Shown: in pieces, positions 39,366 to 53,254 of the stretch | Layout: the number at the start of each line of letters is the position of its first letter | Numbering within the stretch: position 1 is the first letter of the stretch | Origin: Octopus sinensis | Taxonomy: Eukaryota | Assembly: GCF_006345805.1 (NCBI RefSeq) | Contig: NC_043005.1 | Span: forward strand, 60,016,001 to 60,080,000 | Reading direction: 5' to 3' | DNA: 64,000 nucleotides | The notes under the pieces: generated by a model | The model's database searches: none | What the model was told of the DNA's origin: nothing | What the model saw: only the letters and a program-made list of their open reading frames with translations | Translations under genes and position numbers: made by a program

Positions 39366-40367
39366 CATACATGCACATACTGTTACACATCGCTATATAT
39401 ATTTTATATGCAGGTATATGTATGCATCTGTGTGTTTTTGTATATAAACATACGGATTAAAATTCACAAATATTCTCCTAAACACGTGTAGATATTCTCT
39501 CTCTCTCACACACACACTCACGCACTCAAACACATGCACACACACTCACACACACATAGACGCACAAACATATAGACACATAGTGCTGTAGTTTATATAT
39601 CCAAACGTATAGTTGTCTGTCGATAAGGTATTTACTTCTGTATTGTTCAGCATGTCATCATGCTTTGTACTAGAAATAGCAATGAAGATTTCTTCAGAGT
39701 ACAACCGAAATATTCTTAAAGAATTACGTTTTGAAGTAGATATCCGTCACACATGATCGTCCGTTTCTTTTTTATTTTTATTCGCGCATTGCACTCTTGA
39801 AAAATCAACCTAGCAAATTTCTGCTGACTCTAAAAATCAAGTTCATAAAAAGGTTAAACCATTAATTGACAAGATGAATTACGTACACAAAAGTCAACCC
39901 ACTTTTTTCAGTGCAAATGTTTTGCGTATACAAATTGAAAGTTGTCAGTGTCCTTATAGGCTCCCACTTGAGCTAATTAGAAAGACTGTTAGTAAATAGC
40001 GGCAAGATCGATAAATAATGGAAAGGAAAAGAAATCTCAAGCAAAATAAATATATATATGGCGAAGAGAAATGAATATATGATATAACACGACATAGAAA
40101 TACTTAGTAAAGTGAATTACAATTTGATAAATTGAAAATTTAATTAAATGGAAAGAATATAACATCCAAATAATGTTGACAGAAAAATTAGCTGCTGGAA
40201 CCCAGCAGTGAAATTTCTTAAACAAGTCAAAAGAAAATAATGCATAGCGTGATAACGGGACACCGTCTTATATTGCTCAGACTCTTAGTGCGTCTGCTGC
40301 TGTATACATACATAGATGCATACATACATACATACAAACATGTGTGTGTATTTATGTACATATGTAC

Positions 40368-40446
<79 letters not shown>

Positions 40447-41445
40447 TATGCAGAAAGTAAATAGACAACTTTAATTTTCAAAATTCTGATCTAAGCTTTT
40501 TCATATGTTTTCAGCGGTGTAGAATTTACAATGTAATTAATCTTTTTCATTCCAGGTGCCATTATATTAAACATTTGCGAAGAAGAGTAAACATGCCACG
40601 CACAGAAAATTCAGAAAATAGAAAATATTTGTTGTCTCCTTTCATTTGTTCTTTCTTCTCAGAACCTTGCAGTAGTTCCGAGCAGTCAGTTGATGAGCTC
40701 CACTACCTCAAATGTTCTTAAAATTTAAATCCACATTTTTGTCTATATATCTACCTTCTCTATAATGTTACCATTAGATATGAAAATTATGTATTAATGG
40801 AAAACCTCTATCAATGGCTGATGAGTGCTCAGCATTTTAAAACTGTTGTAATACTTACAACATTTAATAAAATGATGTAGTGCGAAACGATCGTACCAAA
40901 TTACCGGAGTTATTCTTGTTGCTTATTTTGATTATATATATATATATATTATATAGAGGGTACCATTATTCATAGGTACCGCACGCTAGGAGGGACTCTT
41001 GCAGTCAAAAGTACTAAAATAAACAAATTGTACCGAATGCAAATCTTCAAAGCAAGTCATTTAAAAACAGAATTTAGTTACATATCACCTGTGATTTCGC
41101 AATCAATGCAGAATATGCATTCTATGCTCTTCGGTGCAACGAACTCAAGACATGTAAGGAAAAAACACAATATAGCATACCCGACAGCCAACCGTAGAAT
41201 TCGTCGTAGCATGTACGAATGTTTATCTTTACATATCTATGAAAATGGCGGGCTTATTCGCAATGCATTTCGGTACCAATTTGCCTATTCGGAACAAAAA
41301 TTCAGTATTGAACTAATTTTTCCACTTTGAAAATATTTATTTATATTATATAGAAGGTACTATTATTTATAGGTACCACACAGATTTACAGATTTTTTCT
41401 CTTACGCTAACTACTGATAATTTCTTATAAAAATGTTATCCTTAA

Positions 41446-41514
<69 letters not shown>

Positions 41515-41673
41515 ATATACACATATGTATATGTATACATATATATATATACATATGTATATGTATATATATATATGTATACATATACATATAAATATGT
41601 ATATATATATGCATATATGTATACATATGTATATATACACATATAAACATATATATACAAACACACTCACATA

Positions 41674-41749
<76 letters not shown>

Positions 41750-42249
41750 GGCACTACGTTGATTACAACGGCGAGTGGATCTAGTGGATGCTGTCAATAG
41801 AGAACCCTTCTCATGAAATTAGAGTGAAAGTGTTTGAGACTCACACAGGCACGTGTACCCTTAACGTAGGTTCCAGAAAGTATGAGTGTGACACCACGGG
41901 ATGTGAGGAGGTTTCCCATTTGAATTACAGATACAAGTCATTTTTAATATGCTTATGTGTGTGTTTGTGTATTGTATATGTGTATGTGTGTGTGTTTGTG
42001 CATTGTGTATGTGTATGTGTGTGTGGTTGTGTATTGTGTATGTGTATGTGTGTATGTTGTGTGTGTGTGTGTTGCGTGGGAAGCATCTCTCAAAAGAAAT
42101 GAACAGCAGAAGATGTTCAGAGAAGGCTAGTGTTTCGGCTCTTAACTTCTTACACTCTAAGGAGCAAAGTCTGCATTCCTAGCTAGGACTCCCAAGTGCT
42201 CTTCTGTTGGTATAGTTTCGCCCTTTGTGTATCAGAGACTTATGCATTT

Positions 42250-43920
42250 TAACCGATAGGAGATTCCCTTATATTCGAACTTCAATAGGTTGATTCAACT
42301 TTCAAGTTGAATCAACAGAACTAGTCGTCGTGTGGTACCGGTGAAGCCACAACATTATCACAGTGACTCACGCAGAGTTGCTTCCCTTAGCTGTAAAATA
42401 CAAAACTATTGCCTTCAAACTGGACTGAGGTCGTGTTTATTTCCTCCTCAACCATATCTAGTTAAAACACTCGATATTGTCACGGTGAGTTCAATGAAAA
42501 TCAGTTTCTTCGATGAAGTGGAACGGAATACAATATGTGGTTTTAAGCCACGCTTTCTGTTGATGCCTGAAGATCTTCTGAGCATTTTCACTCCTCTTCA
42601 CCACCCAGAACACGCCATTCTTGTGACCTGTAAGGCATAACTCTTTCGGACAATAACTTGCTGCTTCTTGCCGTTTAGAATGCTGGAAACTTGTGATACA
42701 TATTTTACTCTTGCCATACGTATCACTAGTACGATCTCCTTAAGCACTTGACTATGCCCGATGTGTATTCCAAATTTTGTCTTTACCGGTAGATCCCTGG
42801 CCCATGATCATCTGATTTGCCGCTTTTCAGTAGGTTCGTATTCGAAGGCAGAAGATCATAGACAAATCTGAAGATAAAGCTTTTTCTACGAGGCACCAAA
42901 TGCTCCAAAACGTTCCGAATTAAACATTTCTGGAGTGCACCTAACACTGTCATCCACTGGACCTATTGGCTCTGCTGTACTACCTTCTGGATTCTTATAG
43001 TATTTTCCTCCTGTCTCACCTCTTGTAAAATATTATCTCTCTTCATATTTTCCCTGATCTCTGACCACAATTCCATTTTTGCTTGGTTCAGTCTCTTCCT
43101 ATTGAACTGAATGTATCCCATTGTCTCTCTGATCGCGATGCTTTCGTTTGCCGTCTCCTGGACTTTCCATTTCCAGCCTGTTTTCAGTTTGGGGCAGATC
43201 GAATTTTCAACCTTGTCTCTCGAGTCTTCAAGCATAGTTAAATGCCTTACTTTTCAGACTTTGTATTTCTCAACAAGGAAATTGAAAGGTAGCTTCAAAT
43301 TGCCCTGGCGTAAGTAGAGTGCAACATCAGTAAGACCAGGTGGGGCATGGAAACACTTCCTTGTGTACTTGTTAATTTCGTCCTCCCTGTCTTCCAATGT
43401 ACTAGTGCTGATATCTTAAAACAGCAGAAGGCAGAGAAGTCTTGAGATTAACACGAGCTGCAAACACTACATCTTGTATTTGCCAGAAACCACACTAGTC
43501 TATGATCTGCAGACCTTTTTTTGCCATTTGTTTCGGGTGAGTTCTCCTTTTTTATCTTTCAGGGAGTCGTCATACCAACTTCCGAAGCTTTTGATTGATT
43601 CCCCTGCCACTGTTAGGATATTATATTTTGGTTGACTACTGAGAACATGACAGTTTCCACCAATTTCCTTTTCTACAAAGAGAGGTTTGAAGATTTATTT
43701 GGTTAGAACCTCATTGTAGAAGATGCAACTGCCTCATCCAACTATTTCAGCATCCTCTATGTTTCATTCCCCTTTACTGAAAGACTGTTCTGTCATCCGT
43801 AAAGGCTTTTAGCGGTGGTGTCCGAAATCACTATTCAAGTTCTGTTGAAGCTAACTCTCCTATTGCTGCCTTTAGGGTGACCTCCAATGTCTACACAGTA
43901 TAGGGAAGATCCAGGTGGTT
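42250..43920 (-). mobile_element. HERO-like (RLE-type) non-LTR retrotransposon remnant, RT domain 5 through RLE
   Basis: PPLKAFTDD (43792-43806), ESIKSFGSWYDDSLKD, GKYK..CLQ, INKYTRKC..PPGLTDVALY..LKLP, LKTGWKW, EVRQEE, SFIFRFVYDLLPSNTNL, LKPHIVFRSTSSKKLIFIELTV (42481-42547), CCGF. Many stops and frameshifts. Confidence 0.82.
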
Positions 43921-43929
43921 GTATACCTT

Positions 43930-44548
43930 TTGTGAGCGTCATCCTTTATCTTATTTCCGACCACCGTGTGGAGACAGCCAAAAGAAGCATTTGATCCAGA
44001 CTACCTTCTTCTAACTGTTAAACATGGAGGAGGATCTGTGATGATCTGGTGGGCTATATCTTGGAAATCGGCCAGCCCAATGGTTTCCCTTCATGGCAGA
44101 ATTAATGGTCAAGACTTTTTGAGCATTTTATCTGATCTAATTCATCCTGAATTTGCGGAACTGTTTCCGAAAGCAAATGCAATATGTCAGGATGATAATG
44201 CACCAATTGTTACAATTCAAATTGTTACTGAATAGCACGGGAAATATTACAGTGAAGTTGAACATCTAATCTGGCCGCCACCGTCCCCAGATATCAATGT
44301 TATTGAACATATATGGTGCATTTTATTAAAACATGTAAGGAGTCGATATCCTGCACCATCATCAAGAACTGGGGACTGTTTAAGGTGAAGAATGGACAAA
44401 AATTACTTTGGAAACAATTCAATGTTTGTATGAGTACATAACTCGTAGAATTCAAGCTTTAATTACTGCCAAAGGCGCTCCTGCCCCATATTAAAATAAA
44501 TTTCTTTGAAATTTTAAGGTGTTTCTATAATTTTGTCCAGCTCCTGTA
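43930..44548 (+). mobile_element. Decayed Tc1 (DD34E) transposon 3' half
   Basis: WRQPKEAF...TVKHGGGSVMIW, QDDNAP, WPPPSPDINVIEHIW; ends ttttgtccagctcctg+TA. Confidence 0.9.
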
Positions 44549-45156
44549 CATAATTGAATTAAACATGCGTAATTGCATTGTCATTGAAAGTTTTAGTTTA
44601 TGTGTTTCTTGGTTTCCGCTATGTCCGGTTTAATTAAGTAGACCTAAAACCAATGAGATTTAAGAGTTGAACAACCCTTGTACTGGAAATAGTGCAATCT
44701 GAATAAGAATACGTAGATATTTTGTTTTAGAGATGATGGCAGGTGTGGATCATGGGAGATTTGCACTTTGCTTTTTCTAGAATTTCAAGTAAGCATGCAG
44801 ATGCTACCTTGTCAAAGCAAGTCCATAAAAAATAAAACGGAAGCTATTCTGGTAGATTATTCTCCATGTTATGTTATGAATCTTAATGCTATTGAGCATT
44901 TGCATACATTTCTAATATAAAGACACAGTTAAGTCAAACTCTCTAGCATATCCTGCAGTGGATATATCTGTATTCGTGGTTGTTCTTACAAAGCAGCATC
45001 CAATAACCATTATATCAAACCAGGAATATTCAGGGATTGATAGATAAACACACACAAATATTTTAGCTGGAATGCTCCTGAACATAGTTATGCTCGATCA
45101 TGCTACTAGCCAATTTGACCAAATATACAAATATGTACAGATATATTCACACACAG

Positions 45157-45216
<60 letters not shown>

Positions 45217-45372
45217 GCATTAACGTAGGTATATGAATATATGTATAACATATACACACGTATATATATATGTGTGTGTTGAATGTATACATGTGTACAC
45301 ACGCATATATCTATATGTATCTTTATGTAAATACGTATACGTGTATATATGTCTATCTCACTCTCTCTCTCC

Positions 45373-45435
<63 letters not shown>

Positions 45436-45894
45436 ATATGTATGTATATAAGTATATTTTTATAGTGTATTTATATAGTGTATTGATATATATATATGGA
45501 AGTATATAAGTGTTATGTATATGCTAAAAAGTAAGTTCGTTTACAAGAAAAAATCTACACGTATGAATACACTTGATCCTCAATAGAAATACATATAATG
45601 CCATAGCTACAAATACATGCATGCATGCATGCCAATCTGAAAACATGTATATATACACATTCACACAAACAAGAAGAATGGGATTCCAACATCCATTATA
45701 GAGTTTGCAACATTTCGAAGCTTCAAGCTAGATTGTAAGATATAATATTGAGAATATTTCTGTTTGATATTTTAACAATATCAAACATTGAAATATAAGG
45801 TTTCTTTTTATTGTGTATAAATAATACAATCTTCATTTTACTCTTGGAATGATTTGATAAGTTTGGAAATATTGCTGTTTTTATTCTGTCTGTT

Positions 45895-45991
45895 ATATTA
45901 TTATTATTATTTATTATTTTCTGACTTTATTGTTATTGTTATTATTTCCATTATTATTATTATCATTGTCATTATTATTATTATTATTATA

Positions 45992-46071
<80 letters not shown>

Positions 46072-46140
46072 CATTATTATTATTATTATTTTAATCATGG
46101 TTGTTGTTGTCATTACTGTTATTGTTGTTATTGTTATTTT
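45895..46140. repeat. (ATT)n/(GTT)n degenerate trinucleotide tract
   Basis: Directly visible. Confidence 0.95.
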
Positions 46141-46950
46141 TATTTTGTTATTGGGGAACAATTCTTTCCCCTTGCGTATTACTTTTATTGCTAACCATGA
46201 GCTATTTTCGAAAATATTGGTTTAGAATTTTGAGATTAACAACGAAAATAAAATGCATTGTAATTCTTACGTTCTTTCTTTTGACTGTTATATGAAGTAA
46301 CATAAAAAATATTGTTACATTTAAGAGCATAATCCAAATAACACAAATATCGCATAGCTGCAGGTGTTAAACAACAATGAAACCACAAAAACGCATTCAG
46401 GATATCCCTTCTCCATGATATTACCGACGTTCTTGTAAAAAATATTTTATGTAGCTCGAGTGAATGATAGAGATGTTTACCAGCGCTGTTCATGCAATCG
46501 CATGTTCATCAGTGACGTAAGCAGCAAATTCAAACAGATATAAAGTAAAGAAGAATGCGTGAAGTAACTGCTGGAAACCTGTTTTCACTTACACACACGT
46601 ATATACATAAACACATACAAAAACACATAGAAATATGTATTTATATGAGTATGCATATTGGCAAAAACCAGCTACGAGAAACAGCCCTGAGTAACCAATG
46701 CGAACGACATATGTATATCATATACCATAACACGTATATTCTTGCTTATCCCATTTGTATAAAAGAGAACATAGTTCCAAGAAACAAGAATTCTCCGAAG
46801 TTGACAGCTATACTCTGGAGATGTTACGGCATTTAATGACAGCTGTGTAGTACTTAGTAAACGTTATTAGATCAATAATTATCAGCAGACAAAGACACTT
46901 AGACAATGGAGTATCACACATTCATAGCCTATGCAATATTCATTCTTTTG

Positions 46951-47170
46951 AAAGGCGGCGAGCTAGCAGAAACTCTAGCACGCCGGGCGAAGTGTATAGC
47001 AGTATTTCGTCTGTCTTTACATTCTGAGTTCAAATTCGCCGAGGTCGACTTTGCCTTTCATCCTTTCGGTTTCGATAAATTAAGCGCGAGTCACGTACTT
47101 AGGGTTAGGTTTAGGATCTAATCGACTGGCCCCTCCACCAAAATTTTAGGCCTTGTGCCTAGAGGAGAAA
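46951..47170 (+). mobile_element. SINE family B copy
   Basis: aaggcggcgagctagcagaa...ctgagttcaaattcgccgaggtcgactttgcctttcatcctttcgg. Confidence 0.88.
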
Positions 47171-47293
47171 AGAAAATTCATAATTTGAACAAATGTATGC
47201 AAAGAAAAATAATTCAGATTGGTCTCTGGCATAAATCTCTGTGCATAGGCATTCATATACATATCCTTGAGTATGTGATTATGCATGTGTATG

Positions 47294-47402
<109 letters not shown>

Positions 47403-47527
47403 ATATATATATATATATATCTGATTTGGACAACCATGAGATGCAGTGATCTTAAAATGTGTTTGCGACTTCCGTTAGATTTGCCGACCTTATGGCATAC
47501 ACAGCATATATATATATTATTTATATG

Positions 47528-47604
<77 letters not shown>

Positions 47605-48265
47605 GGCGATGCTTCCGTCGTAGAAAATATAGACTTATGCCAAATCCATCTTTAGATTATTTAAACAATTATCAATTATCCAACGAAATCATACCCCAAC
47701 TGCGTTTGACAGCAAGTAGCCCAAGCCGTGCAATGTGCTTTACTCAACACATTAACTCACTAATCGACATATACCCATTAGTCGAAAATACTATATACAT
47801 CCACACATATACGCGTGCACACACACATACGCACATGCACACGCACAAACACAAACACACATTCACACACACACACATGCACATACTCAGTTGAGCATGA
47901 ATTTCACTCACCATCTATCTCCCTCTGTCACTTACACGGACATATGTATGTATAAGTATATGCATGTCTTTTGGTCATCTATGTATCATTCTTAATGCAA
48001 ATAAATCACGTACAGCGAAAGTAACTGCGGCATTATTGGTTTTCGTGCTGTATTTGTATTAATTATGATACACTGATTGCTATATATACATACGCATAGC
48101 TACATACATACGCTTGTATGTATGTAGCTATGCATGAATGTATGTATGGATGCAGGGATGGCTAGACAGATGGAAGGACGGATGTATGTGTGTAAATACA
48201 TATGTATGTATGTGTATATATATATTAGCATGTATATATGTATGTATGTATTTTATAGATCTCTC

Positions 48266-48320
<55 letters not shown>

Positions 48321-48339
48321 GCAGTAATATGCAGTAATA

Positions 48340-48760
48340 TATGTCTGGAAGATCCTGGAAGGAATTGTGCCAAATTTTGGCATTGTAAGCTACACCAATG
48401 CTAGAACGGGACGAAACTGCATAGTGCCAACGATCCTAGCAATGCCATCACGCTTCAGGACCAGCTTCTGCAACAGCCTAGGTTTCAAGGGCCCACCGCT
48501 TTTTAATATTCCCCCAAAGAGTCTGAGGAACTTGCACAAAGTAGATGTCGCGGTTTTTAAATCAAAGCTGGACATCTTCCTGTCAAGAGTCCCAGATGAA
48601 CCTACCTCACGGCAAGAGGTGCAAATGAGAGTAGCTATATCAAACTCCATTCTTCACCAAGTGCCACACATTAGAAGAGGTTCTTCGCAATAACAGTGTA
48701 GCACAAAACGGTGGTGCATCAGCATGGCCGCAGCTCTGAGCTGAAACTAGAGAAAAAAAA
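48340..48760 (+). mobile_element. CR1-group LINE 3' end with 3' UTR stem-loop and A-rich tail
   Basis: WKILEGIVPNFG..RTGR.C.VP...NSLGFKGPPLFNIPPKSLRN...FKSKLDIFLSRVPDEP...SNSI; tail gcatggccgcagctctgagctgaaactagag(A)n. Confidence 0.85.
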
Positions 48761-48849
48761 TATATATATGCATATATATATAAATACTTACATATAAGAG
48801 ACCAAAGTGTACGTACGACGCTATATATATATATATATATATATAATAC

Positions 48850-49460
48850 AAAAGGGGACAACAAAACATCCACATAGACGATGCAAAGAAACCAAAGACA
48901 GGTCATTCGGAATTTTCTTTCCTCAGTCGAGTTCCAGATTATCTTTGCAATTTCGGATGGTTATACTCGAGATTGCTCCAATCAGGTCAGCTCCAAGGAA
49001 AAAAACCAAGCTAAGAGCATTAGATTTCTTGGAAGAAAGCAGCGAATATATACGAAAACAAGGACTGAAAACAAAACGGTGAATTTTACACAAATACAAA
49101 TAAGACATAACAACAGGTATCTTTCGACTAAGGACAAATTAAATTAAGCTGGCGTGTGTGGAAGTAAAGACTTACGGCAGGGGTACAATATTTCACAGGC
49201 ACAGCGAGGAATATAGATGTTGCACGGACACCGGCCGAACCAGGAAAGAAAGGTTTGGCTTGGCCGAACACCGGTCACGTAGGGAGAGAAGAGTGAGAGA
49301 TAGAGGTAGAGGCAGAGGGACAGAAGAAATAAGGATGGTCGAGAAAAAGTGACGGGGACACAGTGAAGTGAAAAGAGGAGGGAAAGTGAGCATGTAGAGA
49401 AGGCAAGAAAATGTGAGAGAGGAGGAACGAAAGAACGAAGTAAGCGTGAAAGGCCTGAGA
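48850..49460 (-). mobile_element. Probable Penelope-like 3' region (non-coding)
   Basis: Pyrimidine-rich on the minus strand, running from (CA)n into (TA)n; same compositional style as the other terminal fragments. No confirmed motif. Confidence 0.35.
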
Positions 49461-49483
49461 TATACATATGTGTGTGTGTGCGC

Positions 49484-49525
<42 letters not shown>

Positions 49526-50276
49526 GTGTATGTGAGTGTGCGTGTGTGTGTGTGTGTAAATATACGTGTGTTTGTGCGCGCAACCGAACAACCACTCACA
49601 TAGATAGAAAACTCACGTCTTGCCTAAATTCAAAAATTCAATAACATACCTAATCTGATTCACATCATCAACCATATCGACCTGACTATTATCTAAAGCT
49701 ATCTGAAAACTATCGGTACCATTCCTAACCTCAGTAAATAATTAAAATTGATGTGTTTCTCTGAATGCCTAATTATTTCCCTACGGTATTTTATAAATAT
49801 ATGTCTTTCCTTTTGCCTGTCGATGGGTATTAGTTTAATAAAGTGCAACCGCTTACTCTTAATTATTTCCAGGCGTAAATATGTATCTGTGTAAGTACGC
49901 CTTCTCCCTTCATTGGCCTGTGTTAGGAATGTGTCTTAGTTTCTGAGATACAGTATAGGCTCGTAGATATAATTACGAGCGTGTTTGCATACGTGTGTAT
50001 GCATAAGTAGATTTAAGTTTGTGAGTGTATATGCGTGTTCACCAGAAAGACGTTATATCATCATTGCATTACAGATTCCTGGAAAAATATGTAGGTTATA
50101 CAAATCAATATTTCACTTGTAATTCTATGGTCTAAGCCAATTTCTGAACGCTTATAAATTCTTCACCTACTAAATACGCAACCCCACCTACCAACTTCTA
50201 CCGTATTCGCTTCTAACCGTCAACGTCACCTTTGCCACCAACACCATCACCACCACAACCGCTATCACTGCTGCTG

Positions 50277-50362
<86 letters not shown>

Positions 50363-50686
50363 GTAATTACTGCTGCTTCTATTGAAGAATACGATGATGC
50401 TTCTGTTTGTTGCTTTTGCTTGCAACTGGTGCAATCGTCGCTGCTGCTGTTTAAGCGGATGATGATTAGTATGTTCTTATTGATGTTGTTGCTTCTGATG
50501 ATGTAGGATGTGATGAGGTTTAATTGCTCAAACAACATTAACACAGTAAATCGACGAAAAAACTTCTATGATGACATTCGACTTTTATACACGATGGATA
50601 ACGTGGGTAACGTGAGGCTGAACCCCCAGAATAAAGGAACCCGACAGGGTGGAAACGGCTAGTGTACATTTGGCTATACGTTTGTT

Positions 50687-50742
50687 ACATCTGAAATGAC
50701 TTCGGGCAAAACAGATGTTTTGCCCAAAGTCATTTCAAGATG
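50687..50742. repeat. Near-perfect hairpin (22-bp arms with one mismatch, 2-nt loop, extendable to ~27 bp)
   Basis: tgaaatgacttcgggcaaaaca-ga-tgttttgcccaaagtcatttca, flanked by catc/gatg. Confidence 0.9.
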
Positions 50743-50959
50743 GGGGCAGTGTCCACCCGAATGCAAAAGTGAAGGGGCTAAAGTTTTCTTTGGATGATTG
50801 GATGGTACCGAAATTTTCATCGCCTCCGGATATTGAGAACATTTACTATGGTAGCAAACATACAATGAAATGTCACTTGCTTAAAAACCGTATTTAAGAA
50901 AACCGTATTTAAGAAGACACAGCATTATGAAAATATGGAGAAACATTAAACATTAAATA

Positions 50960-51371
50960 TTGTATCATTAGTCGGGTGGATCGAGATCCCACCGCCAATC
51001 TCCGACTTCGGCCCCTTCCATCTGTCTTTCTGCAACGGCGTTTGTGTGGTTTGATCATGCATGTAGGCGTCCGGTGGGTGAACTGAGCCGTGATATCCTT
51101 CTCCCAACTCAACTTCCCAACTGGCGGAAACGCGCGGCCGGGCAGCTGAAGACCTGGGCTACGACGATCAAGGAAGGCCTCTCTGTGCTCACGGGTCCGC
51201 AGGTGGTCGGCCTGCGCCGATGGAACCGTAACTGGCTCGCTATCTCCACTGAACTGGCGCAGGACCGGCGTGCGTGAGGTGCCATGGTTCGAGATGCCTC
51301 GAGGTTGGTAGAGGAAGCTGACTCAACCAGCCCAGGGTGAATGTCGCCACAAGTACAAGTACAATTAAGTA
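50960..51371 (+). mobile_element. RTE-clade LINE 3' end
   Basis: LQRR..WFDHACRRPVGEL...WRKRAAGQLKTW...GPQVVGLRRWNRNW...AQDRRA; (CAAGTA)n tail; GC-rich relative to flanks. Confidence 0.88.
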
Positions 51372-52017
51372 TCACTAGTTCAAAATGGCATCTTTCAATT
51401 CACTCTATGACTAAATAATAATTTTCGATGACGGTATGTCTTTGTGTCATTGATCATTATATATTTTTTATATGTTTTCCCCATGAATATTGTCGGATAT
51501 TCCTGTCACTGCATCAGCTCATCATCTTTGACAATTAAAGAGGATGTAAGCGTTAAGTTAGGTCTGAAAATATAAAGTTCTTCACAAGTAATTCCTAACA
51601 TCTAAACCATTTCGTATACGCTCTCAAGCAATTATTCAGCTATTAGCTACTAATTTTCTTGTCAAATTTACTTCCCTTGAATAGTATGAGAAACCTTAAT
51701 TCAAGTAAAATTGTGACGTTACTTTTCTTAAGCAGTAATAGTTTCACGCAACAAGAATGTAAAGAGAAGCTATCAACACCTTATGAATGATGATTTTATA
51801 TTTTCTTTAGATCTTTCGAAGTATTAATCAGAACAACTTGTCAAATTTAATTTTAGAGAGTTGTAACAAGCGTCTGATTAGGTTTTTTCTTGTCATTCAA
51901 AAATGCCGATACGAATAAGCGGAGAAGAATTGGATTAAGTACTTGCCACAGGGATTGTCTTTCTCGGTCTTCATATATATATATATGTATGTATATGTGT
52001 ATGTATGTATGTATATA

Positions 52018-52077
<60 letters not shown>

Positions 52078-53124
52078 CATACATACATATACACACTCGC
52101 ACACACATACACGCATACACACATATATATTGTTTCGAATGACATACATTCAGTGAAAATATTGGAAATATATTTCAGAGAATTATAGCATCTAAATAGA
52201 ATAATTACTTACTTTTCTTAAAAAAATAGACTCATCATGCATTAATTGAGACACTTTTTTCCGGCAAAATAGAACGGTAAATTATTCAATTATTGAAATA
52301 TATAAAAAATTATGAAATGCAATCTCAAACCAATTGAATGTATTCATTACGGTTTTAATAGGAGTTGAATATCAACGAAAAGATAGACAGATAGCTACAC
52401 AGGCAGATAAATAGACAGACACAAAGACAGACAGACGATAGCTAGATAGATTGATAGATAGATGGATAGATAGATGGATTGACAAACTGATATGTAGTGA
52501 GAAGGAAAGAGAAATAATTAGATAGATTCAGCGAAGCTGAAAATATTTAACTGCTGCCAAAATTGTAAAATAACAACGTAGTCCAAAAAAGGTGGCAACT
52601 TTCAATTATGTAATTTTAGATAATTCATATGGATAAAAATATTGGCTTCGAAAATTAGTAAAATTCTTTTGTCGCCGTACAAGGTGCAATTTCCAATTAG
52701 AGAAAAGGAAAAGTGGCATGCTGGGGTGTTTCACAAAGTAAGAAAACGTCAAAGTTAGTTATATCTGACACAAATCGGAGCGATGTTACATACACACAGA
52801 GAGAGGCATATACACAGACATACACACACACACACACATTAAGACACACTCACACACACTAATTCTATGCAGAGAAGAAGAGGTGTCATATCACTGAATT
52901 TCAAGTTGCCAAACATTACCTCGTGGAACCTGATGTTTGTGACAGAGGGAATGATTTCCATGATAATGTTTTCCTTGTCTGTCAATCGTTTTGATTTTTA
53001 TGACCAAGATATATTCACTACCTACATATGAATATAACTCTTTCCTCTTTACTAAGAACTCTTTACTCGAAAAGTTAAACTGTCGAAAGCATGGCTGACA
53101 TCAAACATCATTAAATGTCTAAGG

Positions 53125-53161
<37 letters not shown>

Positions 53162-53194
53162 CGTGTATGTGTATGTATGTGTCTGCGCACTCGC

Positions 53195-53244
<50 letters not shown>

Positions 53245-53254
53245 GTATATATAC

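Noticed and set aside
40814-40852. CTGATGA-GTGC-tca-GCAT-ttt-AAAAC-tgtt-GTA hammerhead-like string
   Set aside because: No GAAA, three extra nucleotides, and no stem I.
48885-48935. Minus-strand CTGAGGA...ttcc-GAATG..GTC
   Set aside because: The core is present, but GAAA, stem I and stem III cannot be formed convincingly.
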